NCBI GenBank assembly: GCA_050257045.1
Contig: JBLMWD010000074.1
Coordinates: 6,442-70,441, forward strand
Direction: 5' to 3'
Source: Bacteroidota bacterium
GTDB lineage: Bacteria > Eisenbacteria > RBG-16-71-46 > SZUA-252
Length of the DNA: 64,000 nt
Notes under the pieces: model-generated
Told to the model about the DNA's origin: nothing
The model's database searches: none
What the model saw: the letters and a program-made list of their open reading frames with translations, nothing else
Part shown: positions 1-9,000 of the stretch, piece by piece
Layout: each line of letters begins with the position of its first letter
How positions within the stretch are numbered: position 1 is the stretch's first letter
Made by a program: the position numbers and the translations under genes

Positions 1-2
1 TC

Positions 3-743
3 CACATGATCGAAGAGAACGATCTCCAGTGGTACCTGCTCCTGCTCGCGTCCGTCGAGGGACGCATCCGGCCCGACTGGAACGGCCGCGCGGGCGTGGC
101 CCGGTCGTTCAACTGGACCGGCAGGGATCGCGCCCGGCCCATCGACACCTATCAGGCGAATACCATCATGCGGCTCGCCCGGGGGCTCGACCTGACCGCC
201 AACTCGCAGGTGAGCGTCACCGATGCATCGGGACGCGCCCTGGCCGACTCGATCGGACGGAATTCCCGCGTGGTCTCGCAGGGGTCGATCGCCGTCACCG
301 CCACGCCGCTCCGCCGCATCACCGCGGTCTGGTCGCTCCAGGGCTATCGCTCGGGGCCGGGGCTCTGGCGCCCCGCGTCCACCTCGCGCTCGGGCTCGCT
401 CGACCTGCGCTGGACGCCGGTCGCGACGCTCGATCTCAATGGGAGCGTCCAGCGCACGCGCGGACTTCGGCGTGGCGATCCGACCGTCACGTCCTGGCGC
501 GGGACCGGCCAGTGGACTCCGTCCCGGAATCTGGAACTCTCCGGAACGTACCTGCGCAGCCAGCAGCCGCGGGGCGAGGCGGGCGCCGATCTCCCCGCGG
601 GCCTCGAGACCTGGAGCGCGCGCGCGCTGGTCGGCTTCTCCAATGATCTACGGCTGCAGGCCCTCTGGAGCATCGTCGACCCCGGGCGGACGACCCGGGC
701 GACGCGGATCGAGCTGGGCGCGACCCTGGCCTTGCGGAGGTGA
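3..743 (+). CDS. Outer-membrane beta-barrel protein, C-terminal part (5' end outside window)
   Basis: Frame is open from the window edge. Alternating amphipathic strands with aromatic girdle residues (LRWTPVATLDLNGSVQ, QWTPSRNLELSGTYL, IELGATLALRR) ending in a terminal beta-strand. First visible gene of the operon ending in the multiheme cytochrome. Confidence 0.7.
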   Translation, partial: HMIEENDLQWYLLLLASVEGRIRPDWNGRAGVARSFNWTGRDRARPIDTYQANTIMRLARGLDLTANSQVSVTDASGRALADSIGRNSRVVSQGSIAVTATPLRRITAVWSLQGYRSGPGLWRPASTSRSGSLDLRWTPVATLDLNGSVQRTRGLRRGDPTVTSWRGTGQWTPSRNLELSGTYLRSQQPRGEAGADLPAGLETWSARALVGFSNDLRLQALWSIVDPGRTTRATRIELGATLALRR

Positions 744-744
744 C

Positions 745-1335
745 GTGAACCGAGCGCGAAACCACGGATGGATCGCGAGTGCCCTGCTCCTGATCGCGGG
801 CATCGCGGGCTGCGCCGCTCCGGGGCGCCTCTTCGTGAACCGCGAAGCGGACATGGCCTACTACAAGAAGGTGGCCGTGCTCCCCTTCGCCAACCTCACC
901 AACGACCGGTTCGCGGGAGAGCGCGTCACGCGGATGTTCGTCACGGAGCTCACGATCGCCGATCGGTTCCAGGTCGCGGATCCGGGCGAGATCCGATCCG
1001 TGCTGGAACGCACCGGCGGCCTCCCCACCTACGAGGGAACATACGACCCGAAGAAACTGAAGGACGCGGCCGTGGAGGTCGGCGCGAACGGCCTCATCCG
1101 GGGTGCCGTCTCCGAATACCAGATGGTCGGAACCAACGTGTCGCCGCGCCCCTCGGTCGCCTTCGACGTGGAGATGGTCGACGTCGCCACCGGGAACGTG
1201 GTCTGGAAGGCCTCGATTTCGAAGCGCGGGAAGGCCCGATTCCCGATCGTCGGGGGCGGTGCCGCTACCCTGAGCCGCCTCACGGAGGATGCGTGCCGCG
1301 ACGTCGTCCGGCGGATCGATCACGAGGCGTTCTGA
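745..1335 (+). CDS. Lipoprotein, PelC/CsgG/GNA1162-like alpha-beta fold
   Basis: GTG at 745, 1 nt after the upstream stop. Lipobox IAG-C; motif KVAVLPFANL; C-terminal V.F.VEMVDVATGNVVW typical of this lipoprotein class. Confidence 0.7.
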   Translation: MNRARNHGWIASALLLIAGIAGCAAPGRLFVNREADMAYYKKVAVLPFANLTNDRFAGERVTRMFVTELTIADRFQVADPGEIRSVLERTGGLPTYEGTYDPKKLKDAAVEVGANGLIRGAVSEYQMVGTNVSPRPSVAFDVEMVDVATGNVVWKASISKRGKARFPIVGGGAATLSRLTEDACRDVVRRIDHEAF

Positions 1336-1940
1336 GGCGCGCCACAGCGTGGCTTGCCGTGAGTGCCCTGGCCGTCATGGCCGCGGGTTGCGCCGGCAGT
1401 CGGCCGCGCGCCTCGCACGCGCGAGTCACGGTGCCCGATGGCGCGGCCGTGGCCATGCTCCCGTTCGAGGACCTCTCCGGACGTCAGAACGTGGCCGAGG
1501 AATTCACTCGCGTGTTCATGGCGGAGCTCGTGCGGACCGGGACGTTCCCCGTCGTGGAATCCGGAATCGTGGAGGAGACCATGGACCGGCTCTCGATCCG
1601 CTCCACGCGGGCCCTGAGCGCCGCCGAGATCCACCGGCTGGGCGACAGCCTCCACGTCACGCACGTGCTGCTCGGGAACGTGCTCGAGGCGGGCGACCTG
1701 CAGAGCGATGAAGGCGCCGTTCCCTCGGTTGCCGCGGCCCTGCGCCTCGTCGAGGTCTCCTCAGGACGTGTGGTCTGGGCCTGCCATCACAGCCGCACGG
1801 GTGAGGATCGCGAAACGGTGTTCCAGTGGGGCCGCGAGCGGAGCCGGGACAAGCTCATCGCGAACCTCGCCGTCGAGATGTTCGACGACCTACGAAAATC
1901 GGGCGCCCACCACGGCGCCCGGGGAGGATCCAAGTCATGA
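1332..1940 (+). CDS. Lipoprotein, paralogue of the preceding gene (start uncertain: CTG 1332 or GTG 1359)
   Basis: Lipobox AAG-C; AVAMLPFEDL; ALRLVEVSSGRVVW; visibly similar to 745-1335. Confidence 0.65.
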   Translation: MRRATAWLAVSALAVMAAGCAGSRPRASHARVTVPDGAAVAMLPFEDLSGRQNVAEEFTRVFMAELVRTGTFPVVESGIVEETMDRLSIRSTRALSAAEIHRLGDSLHVTHVLLGNVLEAGDLQSDEGAVPSVAAALRLVEVSSGRVVWACHHSRTGEDRETVFQWGRERSRDKLIANLAVEMFDDLRKSGAHHGARGGSKS

Positions 1941-2650
1941 AGTCCGGACGCATCGCGCGCAGCGCCGCCGTTCTCGCCCTGGGGGTTGCCACGATGGCGG
2001 CTGCCCCGGCCCCCAAACTCAAGTCGGTGACGATCGCGATCCGGAACCGGGTCTTCCACGAGTTCGCCGATCAGCAGACCGTGGGCCAGGGAAAGAGCTT
2101 CGTCATCGGCGACACCGACTATTCCGCGAGGATCGTCCAGTTCGTCCCGGACTTCGCCATGGATCTCGGGACCGGGAAGGTGATCTCCCGGTCCTCGGAG
2201 CCGAAGAATCCGGCCTTCAAGGTCGTCGTCTCCCAGAACGGCAAGCCGCAGGACACGACGTGGGCGATGATGTCGCTGCCGCCCCACTTCACCCGCCGTT
2301 CGTTCCTGGCGTTCAAGGTCATGCGCATCGACTTCATGAACCACGCGCCGATCGTCGTGGATTCGGTGCAGGCCTACAAGGAGCTCGAGGCGCTGAAGGA
2401 ACAGGCGAGGAAGAACGCGCGCGCCTCGGGCGAGGACGATCCCGGCCCGAGCGGCGGGATGGGCTTCAATCCCCACGGCCCCGGCGGCCCGATGCCCCAC
2501 GGCGGAGCGGCCGGAATGAACCCGCACGGGGCGGCGCCCTCCGGAATGAACCCGCATGGCACCGGGGCCTCACCCCACGGCGGCACGCCGATTTCCCCCG
2601 TCCCGTCGCACGGAAGCGGCGGCACTGACAAGACCAAGGACGCCAAGTGA
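1937..2650 (+). CDS. Secreted protein with ResB-like periplasmic beta-domain and His/Met/Pro/Gly-rich C-terminal tail
   Basis: ATGA overlap with the upstream stop; Sec-type signal peptide. The FVPDF...SRSSEPKNPA segment resembles ResB/CcsB-type periplasmic inserts (recognised from memory only). Tail has six (P/S)HG units. Confidence 0.55.
   Translation: MKSGRIARSAAVLALGVATMAAAPAPKLKSVTIAIRNRVFHEFADQQTVGQGKSFVIGDTDYSARIVQFVPDFAMDLGTGKVISRSSEPKNPAFKVVVSQNGKPQDTTWAMMSLPPHFTRRSFLAFKVMRIDFMNHAPIVVDSVQAYKELEALKEQARKNARASGEDDPGPSGGMGFNPHGPGGPMPHGGAAGMNPHGAAPSGMNPHGTGASPHGGTPISPVPSHGSGGTDKTKDAK
2511..2559 (+). repeat. Two 19-nt direct repeats (ccggaatgaacccgcaYgg) 30 nt apart, encoding GMNPHG
   Basis: Read directly at 2511-2529 and 2541-2559. 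Confidence 0.9.
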
Positions 2651-5600
2651 ACCGTTCCCGCTGGCTCGTCATCCTGCTTGCCGTCCTTTCCTTCGCCGCC
2701 GCCCCTCGCGCGGAGGCGGCGAAGGAGCCGAAATCCAAGAAACCGACTCGCGCCTGCTACGACTGCCACAAGGAATCCCGAACGGAATTCCAGAAGAAGA
2801 CCGTTCACGCGCCGGTGGCCAAGGAGAACTGCGCGGCCTGCCACGAGAGCCATGGGTTCTCGCAGATGCTCGTGCTGAAGCAACCGCTCCCCGATCTCTG
2901 CTTCTCCTGCCACGGCGAGATGAAGAAGGCGGCGAAGCCTGCGCACGAGCACGCCGCCTTCACGCAGGGGCAGTGTCTCGGCTGTCACGACCCTCACGCC
3001 TCGAACCTTCCCAAGCTCGTCCGCGACGGCGGGCCGGAGACGTCCTGCTTCAAGTGCCACAAGGATTCCGCGGCTCAGGCGAAGGCGGCACACGTCCATC
3101 CGACCTTCGCCAAGGGCGAGTGCTATGCCTGCCACACGGCGCATGGAGGGGCCAACGCGTCGCTCACGAAGGCCGAGGGGGACGCGCTCTGCCAGACGTG
3201 CCACGCGCCGGAGAACCTCGCGGGCAAACACGCCAAGGTGACGACGGGCGGCCTCAAGTGCCTCGATTGCCACGCGCCGCACGCATCCCGAGAGAAGTCG
3301 CTCCTACGCGAGGACGCGCACGCCCCGGTGGCCGGCGGCGAGTGCGACGCCTGCCATGTCATGGAGGGTGGAAAGCCCACGCCCAAGGTGGTGGCCACCG
3401 CGCCGGCGCTCTGCGTGAAGTGCCACGACGACCTGGCGAACGCCAAGTCGGCACCGCACCCGCACGACCCGGTGGCGGAGGGAGACTGCCTCACGTGCCA
3501 CGATCCTCATCGCGGGGCAGCCAAGGGCCTGCTCAAACAGAAGCCGGTCGCACTCTGCGGGAGCTGCCACGACAACGTCGACGAGGACTTGAAGAAGGCC
3601 GTCGTGCACGCCGCCTTCCAGAACGGCTCGTGCGCCTCCTGCCACGACGTGCACGGGTCCAAGAACGCCTCGCTCCAGAAGACGACGGACGGGACCATGT
3701 GCGTCGCGTGCCACAAGGACATCGGCGAGAAGGCCGCGGCGGCCAAGGGAGTCCACCCGCCGGTCGCAAAGAAGGACTGCCTCCGCTGCCACCAGCCGCA
3801 CGCCGCGTCGAACGCGAGGCTCCTCCGCAAGGAGCCGCGCGAGCTCTGCCGGTCCTGCCATGGCGACCTCGAGAAGAACCTGGCGGGACTCGAGGTTCAC
3901 CCGCCGTTCCGTTCCGGTCAGTGCGCGGCCTGCCACGACCCGCACCAGTCCGACCGTCCCGGGATGCTCCGCGCCGACGCCCGCACCGTGTGCGGGAAGT
4001 GCCACAACGACCCACAGCGGGAGGCCGCGCGCGAATACCCGCACAAGCCCGTCGTCGAGGGGCAGTGCCTCACCTGCCACGCACCTCACGCCGGCACCGG
4101 GTCCGCGTTGCTCGTCTCTTCGCAGAGCCAGTTCTGCGTCAAGTGCCACGCCGACATCGGCGCCAAGATCACGGGACCTGCCCCGCACACGCCGGCCGCG
4201 GCGGGACGCTGCACGGCCTGCCACGAGCCGCACGGCGCCTCGAAGAAGAAGCTGCTCAAGGCCGATGCCTCGGCACTCTGCCAGTCCTGCCACGAATCGA
4301 TCGGAAAGGAGGGGGACAAAGTCCACTCACCGGTCGGCGAGAAGGACTGCCTCGCCTGCCATGACCCGCACGGCGGCACGGCGGCGCCCGCGCTCGTCAA
4401 GGCCGTCCCGGCCCTGTGCGCCAGCTGCCACGATCTGGACGACAAGGATCTCGCGGCCAAGCACCAGGGAGCGACCCTCACGGCCGTGAACTGCCTCTCG
4501 TGCCACACGCCGCACGCCTCGAAGAACGACGCGCTCCTGGCCGCGCAGGCGCATCCCGGGTTCATGGAGAAGGATTGCACCAAGTGTCACGCGGCGGGGG
4601 CGCCCCCGGGAGCGAAGAGCCTGAAGAAGCCCGCGACCGCGCTCTGCGTCTCGTGCCACGACATCCCGAAGCGCGCGGGCGCCGCGTCCGCGGCCGCCAA
4701 GGGCGCCCGCAAGGGCATGGCCGGCCCCGGCGCCACGCGCGCGGCCGGGCTCCTGATCCACCCGCCCGTCGCCCGGGGCGAGTGCGTGACCTGCCACACG
4801 CCGCACGCCTCCTCGCGCGACAAGCTGCTCGTCTCCTCGACGCGGCAGCTCTGCGTCACGTGCCACAAGGAGGTCATCCAGCAGTCTGCGGCGAAACACG
4901 GCCATCCGCCCGCCGCAGACGGCGAGTGCGCCCGCTGCCACGAGCCGCACGAGAGCTCCGTCCCGGGGCTGCTCGTCAAGCCGGCGCTCGAGCTGTGCGC
5001 GTCCTGTCACAAGGCGCTGACGGACCGGATCGCGGCGGGCTCCCCCCACTCTCCGGTCGCCAAGGGGCAGTGCTTCAAGTGCCACGCGAGCCATGGGTCG
5101 GACAACGAGGGGATGCTGGTCAAGAACGTGAACGCCACCTGTGCCTCATGCCATGGATTGGCCGGGCCGCGCCTCACGAACGCCCATAAGGGATTCAAGC
5201 TCGCGGGCGCGAACTGCGTCTCCTGTCACGACCCGCACGTGCAGCCGCTCGGGAAGAAAGGGCTGATGCGTCCTGCGCTCCACGCCCCCTTCGCCAAGGG
5301 AGACTGCACCAAGTGCCATGGGACCGCGACGACCGGGGCGCTCGCGCAGCAGGTGCCGGACCTCTGTTACTCCTGCCACCAGACGGCACGCACCTGGTCG
5401 AAGAAAGAGGTCGTGCATGGCCCCCTGAAGACGGAGGCATCCTGCATCTCCTGCCATGGGCCGCACGGGGGGCCCGCGTCGCCAATCCTCAAGGCCGAGC
5501 AGCCGAAGCTCTGCTTCCGCTGCCACGACAAGAAGATCGTCTCCGGCAAGACGAGACACGCGGCCCTCGACGAGGGGTGCACGGCGTGCCATGAGCCGCA

Positions 5601-5853
5601 CTCGTCGGACAAGAAGAAGCTGCTCAACAACGACGTGAACACGCTCTGCCGCGGGTGCCACGAGGACATGAGCAAACACTTCCACCCGACCACGGGCGGC
5701 AAGGACCCGCGCACCGGAGATCCGCTCTCGTGCGTCGGATGCCACAACCCGCATTCGAGCAACCAGGAGCACCTGCTCACCCACGAGCCGAAGCGTGAGC
5801 TCTGCCTCCAGTGCCACGACCCGTCGATGGAGATGTTCAAGAAGAAGGATTGA
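2647..5853 (+). CDS. Giant periplasmic multiheme cytochrome c, 42 CXXCH motifs (paired-CXXCH type)
   Basis: 42 CXXCH motifs counted by hand in the translation (first at nt 2755, last at 5803). SPI-type signal peptide, no lipobox. Repeating unit HxP-x5-6-CxxCH-xPH-x-LL-x-LCxxCH. Confidence 0.97.
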   Translation: MNRSRWLVILLAVLSFAAAPRAEAAKEPKSKKPTRACYDCHKESRTEFQKKTVHAPVAKENCAACHESHGFSQMLVLKQPLPDLCFSCHGEMKKAAKPAHEHAAFTQGQCLGCHDPHASNLPKLVRDGGPETSCFKCHKDSAAQAKAAHVHPTFAKGECYACHTAHGGANASLTKAEGDALCQTCHAPENLAGKHAKVTTGGLKCLDCHAPHASREKSLLREDAHAPVAGGECDACHVMEGGKPTPKVVATAPALCVKCHDDLANAKSAPHPHDPVAEGDCLTCHDPHRGAAKGLLKQKPVALCGSCHDNVDEDLKKAVVHAAFQNGSCASCHDVHGSKNASLQKTTDGTMCVACHKDIGEKAAAAKGVHPPVAKKDCLRCHQPHAASNARLLRKEPRELCRSCHGDLEKNLAGLEVHPPFRSGQCAACHDPHQSDRPGMLRADARTVCGKCHNDPQREAAREYPHKPVVEGQCLTCHAPHAGTGSALLVSSQSQFCVKCHADIGAKITGPAPHTPAAAGRCTACHEPHGASKKKLLKADASALCQSCHESIGKEGDKVHSPVGEKDCLACHDPHGGTAAPALVKAVPALCASCHDLDDKDLAAKHQGATLTAVNCLSCHTPHASKNDALLAAQAHPGFMEKDCTKCHAAGAPPGAKSLKKPATALCVSCHDIPKRAGAASAAAKGARKGMAGPGATRAAGLLIHPPVARGECVTCHTPHASSRDKLLVSSTRQLCVTCHKEVIQQSAAKHGHPPAADGECARCHEPHESSVPGLLVKPALELCASCHKALTDRIAAGSPHSPVAKGQCFKCHASHGSDNEGMLVKNVNATCASCHGLAGPRLTNAHKGFKLAGANCVSCHDPHVQPLGKKGLMRPALHAPFAKGDCTKCHGTATTGALAQQVPDLCYSCHQTARTWSKKEVVHGPLKTEASCISCHGPHGGPASPILKAEQPKLCFRCHDKKIVSGKTRHAALDEGCTACHEPHSSDKKKLLNNDVNTLCRGCHEDMSKHFHPTTGGKDPRTGDPLSCVGCHNPHSSNQEHLLTHEPKRELCLQCHDPSMEMFKKKD

Positions 5854-5857
5854 TGTA

Positions 5858-5958
5858 CGGGGCGCCGTCAGGCGCCCCGGCGCGCGGGGACCTGGGACGC
5901 CCGGCAGCGTCCCGGGAATACGACGGCGGTCCGTTTGTCCACGGACCGCCGTTCTTAC
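5858..5958. terminator. Three consecutive GC-rich hairpins between convergent genes; the third is terminator-like
   Basis: Stems 5858-5879 (cggggcgcc/ggcgccccg), 5891-5916 (cctgggacgc/gcgtcccggg) and 5923-5952 (acggcggtccgt/acggaccgccgt), followed by tcttact. Confidence 0.6.
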
Positions 5959-6004
5959 TCGGGGCGGACGCTTGGAGCCGACTCGTATGGAGCCGCGGAC
6001 CGCT

Positions 6005-9000
6005 CTACAGGCTCGCGACCGCCTGCTTCCGCCGGAGCTGGAGGACCCGCACGTCGGGGTCGACCACGATCTGCTTCGGCAGGAACGCGCAGTGGACCGT
6101 GACGCGCTTCGATTCTCCGGCCGCGAGAGTCACGAGGGTGCGCGCTTCCCGGTAGGACGGGTCCTGTTCGGCGAGGAGCCGCGCCGCGTCACTCGAAGCC
6201 GCCGCTCCCGACGACGCGGGCGGCGCCGGCTTCTTCCAGCGCTCCCCGGCCGTCGCCGCGATCTCGACCGGCATCGTGCCGGTCCCCACGTTCCGCACGA
6301 CCGCGGTCACGTCGTAGCCCGATCCGATCTTCCGCTTCGCGGCGTTCTCGACGCGGTACTCGGGCATCGCCTTCTCCTCGAACCACTGCTTCGCGAAGGC
6401 GTCGTACTTCACGGGATCGGCCGCGTAGGGACGCATGGCGAGCACCAGATCCTGAAGCGCGGGGTGATCGCGGCTGACGCTCCACTCGCGGCAGAAGGCG
6501 CGGTACCCCGCGAGCGCCCGGTCGTGGCCGAGGTAGTCGTAGAGCATCCAGAAGACCCAGCCGCCGCGGTCGTAGACCACGGTCTCGTCCGACGCGCGCT
6601 TGCCGTCGATGTCGTACATCGGGCGCTCGTCGTCCACGCGCCGCCGGTCGCCGTAGCGCGATTCGACTCCCTTCGCGAACTCCATCCGCTCCCGCGGGCC
6701 GAGCACCTGGTCGAAGAGGAGCATCGTCGAGAAGTGCGCCATCCCCTCGCTCAGGAAGTCGGCGCCGGGGCCCTTCGCGGGCGTCACGATGTTTCCCCAC
6801 CACTGGTGGGCTGCCTCGTGGGCGGTCACGAGGAACGTGGCGTTCGTCTTCGCATCGTTCTTCGTGAGGAAGCCGATGTTCTCGCTGAACGTGATGTCGG
6901 TCCCGAATCCCTGGGCGTAGCCGGCGAGTGCCGGGAACTCGGAAAGCTTGAGCTCCTTCCATGGGTACGGCAGGAACCACTCCGAGTACCAGCGGCGCGC
7001 CGCGTCGAGCGTGCTCGACATCTGCGCCACGTTGTACGGATGGACCGCGTTGTAGTAGATCGTCGTCCCGTTCCCGCGCTTCACCTTCCACCGCCCGCAG
7101 ACGATGTTCAGGAGCTTCACGGGATGGTCGGTCTCCCAGACCTGGGTCCGCCATCCGTTCTTCACCGTGTCGCTCGTGCAGACGCCCACCGAGTTGAGCG
7201 TGTAGCCGGCGGGGCCGGTCACGGCGACGCGCGCCGGGAACCAGGCCGTGGCCCCGTACCCGGCCTGCGTGACTCCCTTCCAGTAGTCGCGCGGGTAGCG
7301 CCGCGGCTCGGTCTTGTTGTCCTTCGTCTCGCCCACGTCCTCCATGAACCCGAGCACCGGCATGAAGCTCGGCGTGAATCCGGTGAGAACCACCCCGGAG
7401 GGAAGCACGAACTCCTCCAGATTCCCGCTGTTCTTGCTGATCCCCGCGGGGAGCGCGTTGTCGAAGGTCCAGCCGATCACGACGCTGTCCCCTTTCGCGA
7501 GCGGCCGTGGCGGCGTGAAGAGATAGAGGTGCTTCGAGTCCTCGGGGGTGACCGGACGCCCATTCATCGTCCAGGAGACGTGCCGCCAGCTGATGTCGCC
7601 AGTGAGGGGGATCTGTGCGAGCGTCGTGTCGAGGCTGTTCACGAGGACGATCGCGCCCCGGCTCTCGAGCCGGCTCCGTCCCGGGTCGACCTTCACCGCG
7701 AGGTCGGCGCGCGCGATGTCGGGGAGCGGCGCATCCAGCCACGTCTTGAGGTTCTTCGCCCAGTAGTCCTTCCGCTCCTTCTTCGCCGCACCTCCCTCCG
7801 TTCCCTGGGCGACCTGGAAGAGGAGCGTGATCCAGAGCGCGAGGGGCACGACGGCGTAGGGCATGAGCCGGAGGGCGGACCGGAAGAGCGGGCCCGGCGC
7901 CAGGCGATGCATCGTGCGGACCGGATCACGCCCGCGGCGGCGGAAGAGCCGGACGGCGAGCGCGATGAAAAAGACCGCCGCGCCGAGCACCATCACGCGA
8001 TTCAGGACGAGAGCCATCCGGTCGTGCTCGAAGGGGCCGAGATCGCTCCAGCGGAGCGCGCCCCAGAGCGGCCAGTTCCCCGCCCAGCTGATCTGGTTCG
8101 TGAGGAACCGGTACGTGGTGTAGGCCAGCGCCGCGAGCGAGAGTCCGTACGCTGCGTACCGGTTCCCGACCAGCGCGTAGACCGCGGTCACGAACGCGGT
8201 CCAGAAGAGGAACGTCGGTATGAGCAGCAGCCCCCAGACGAGGAGGTACGGTCCGAGCGTGAACGGCACCGTGTGCTGGACCTGGATCGCGATCCAGCTC
8301 GCAAGCAGCGCCATGGCGATCACCGCGACGCCGATCAGGCTGTTCGCGACCGCCTTCCCGAACAGGAGCGCCCCGGTCCGGACGGGGGTCGCGTAGACCA
8401 GCGCGGCGAGGCCCGTCGCGTGCTCGCGCTGCAGCGATTCCACCGTGTAGAAGAGGAGGAGGAGGCAGACCAGCGTGACCGCCTGGCTCGCGACCGCGAC
8501 GGCGGTCATCCCCGGCGTCAGGAGGAGCGGCGTGTCGAACGCGCCGACCGCGAGGAGCACGTTGCCCAGCACCTGCACGAGGATCAGGACGAGGAAGGGA
8601 TAGAGGCCGGCCTGGCGCCGGAGCTCTTTCGCTTCGGCGCGGGCGACCGCGACGACCGTTTCGCGCAGGGAGGGGGATCCACCCCTCATCGCCAGGGACT
8701 GGATCGGCGCCGGTTGCGGCGCTCCGAGTCCGGGGACCGGCTCGGCGGGGACCGCGGCCGCCGCCTTCCGGCGCGCGCGGGCGGTCTCGACGCCCCGCCG
8801 CGCGCGGGCGACCGACCGCTGGGTGAGAAGGACGCCGCCGACCCCGAGCGCGACCAGCCAGAGGCGGTTCAGCGCAAAGAGGAGATCGTAGGGGACCGGC
8901 TGGGTGTTGTAGTACTTCACGCCCCGGTCCACCTTGAGCAGGTTCTCGTTCAGCCACCGGAATCCCGACGGTTCGACGAGCTGGAGCAGGCGATTCACCT

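Noticed and set aside
2647-5853. Periodic DNA similarity (tgccacga...ccgcac) resembling an array
   Set aside because: Explained by repeated CXXCH-xPH codons in one ORF; no identical repeat-spacer structure and no cas genes, so not CRISPR.
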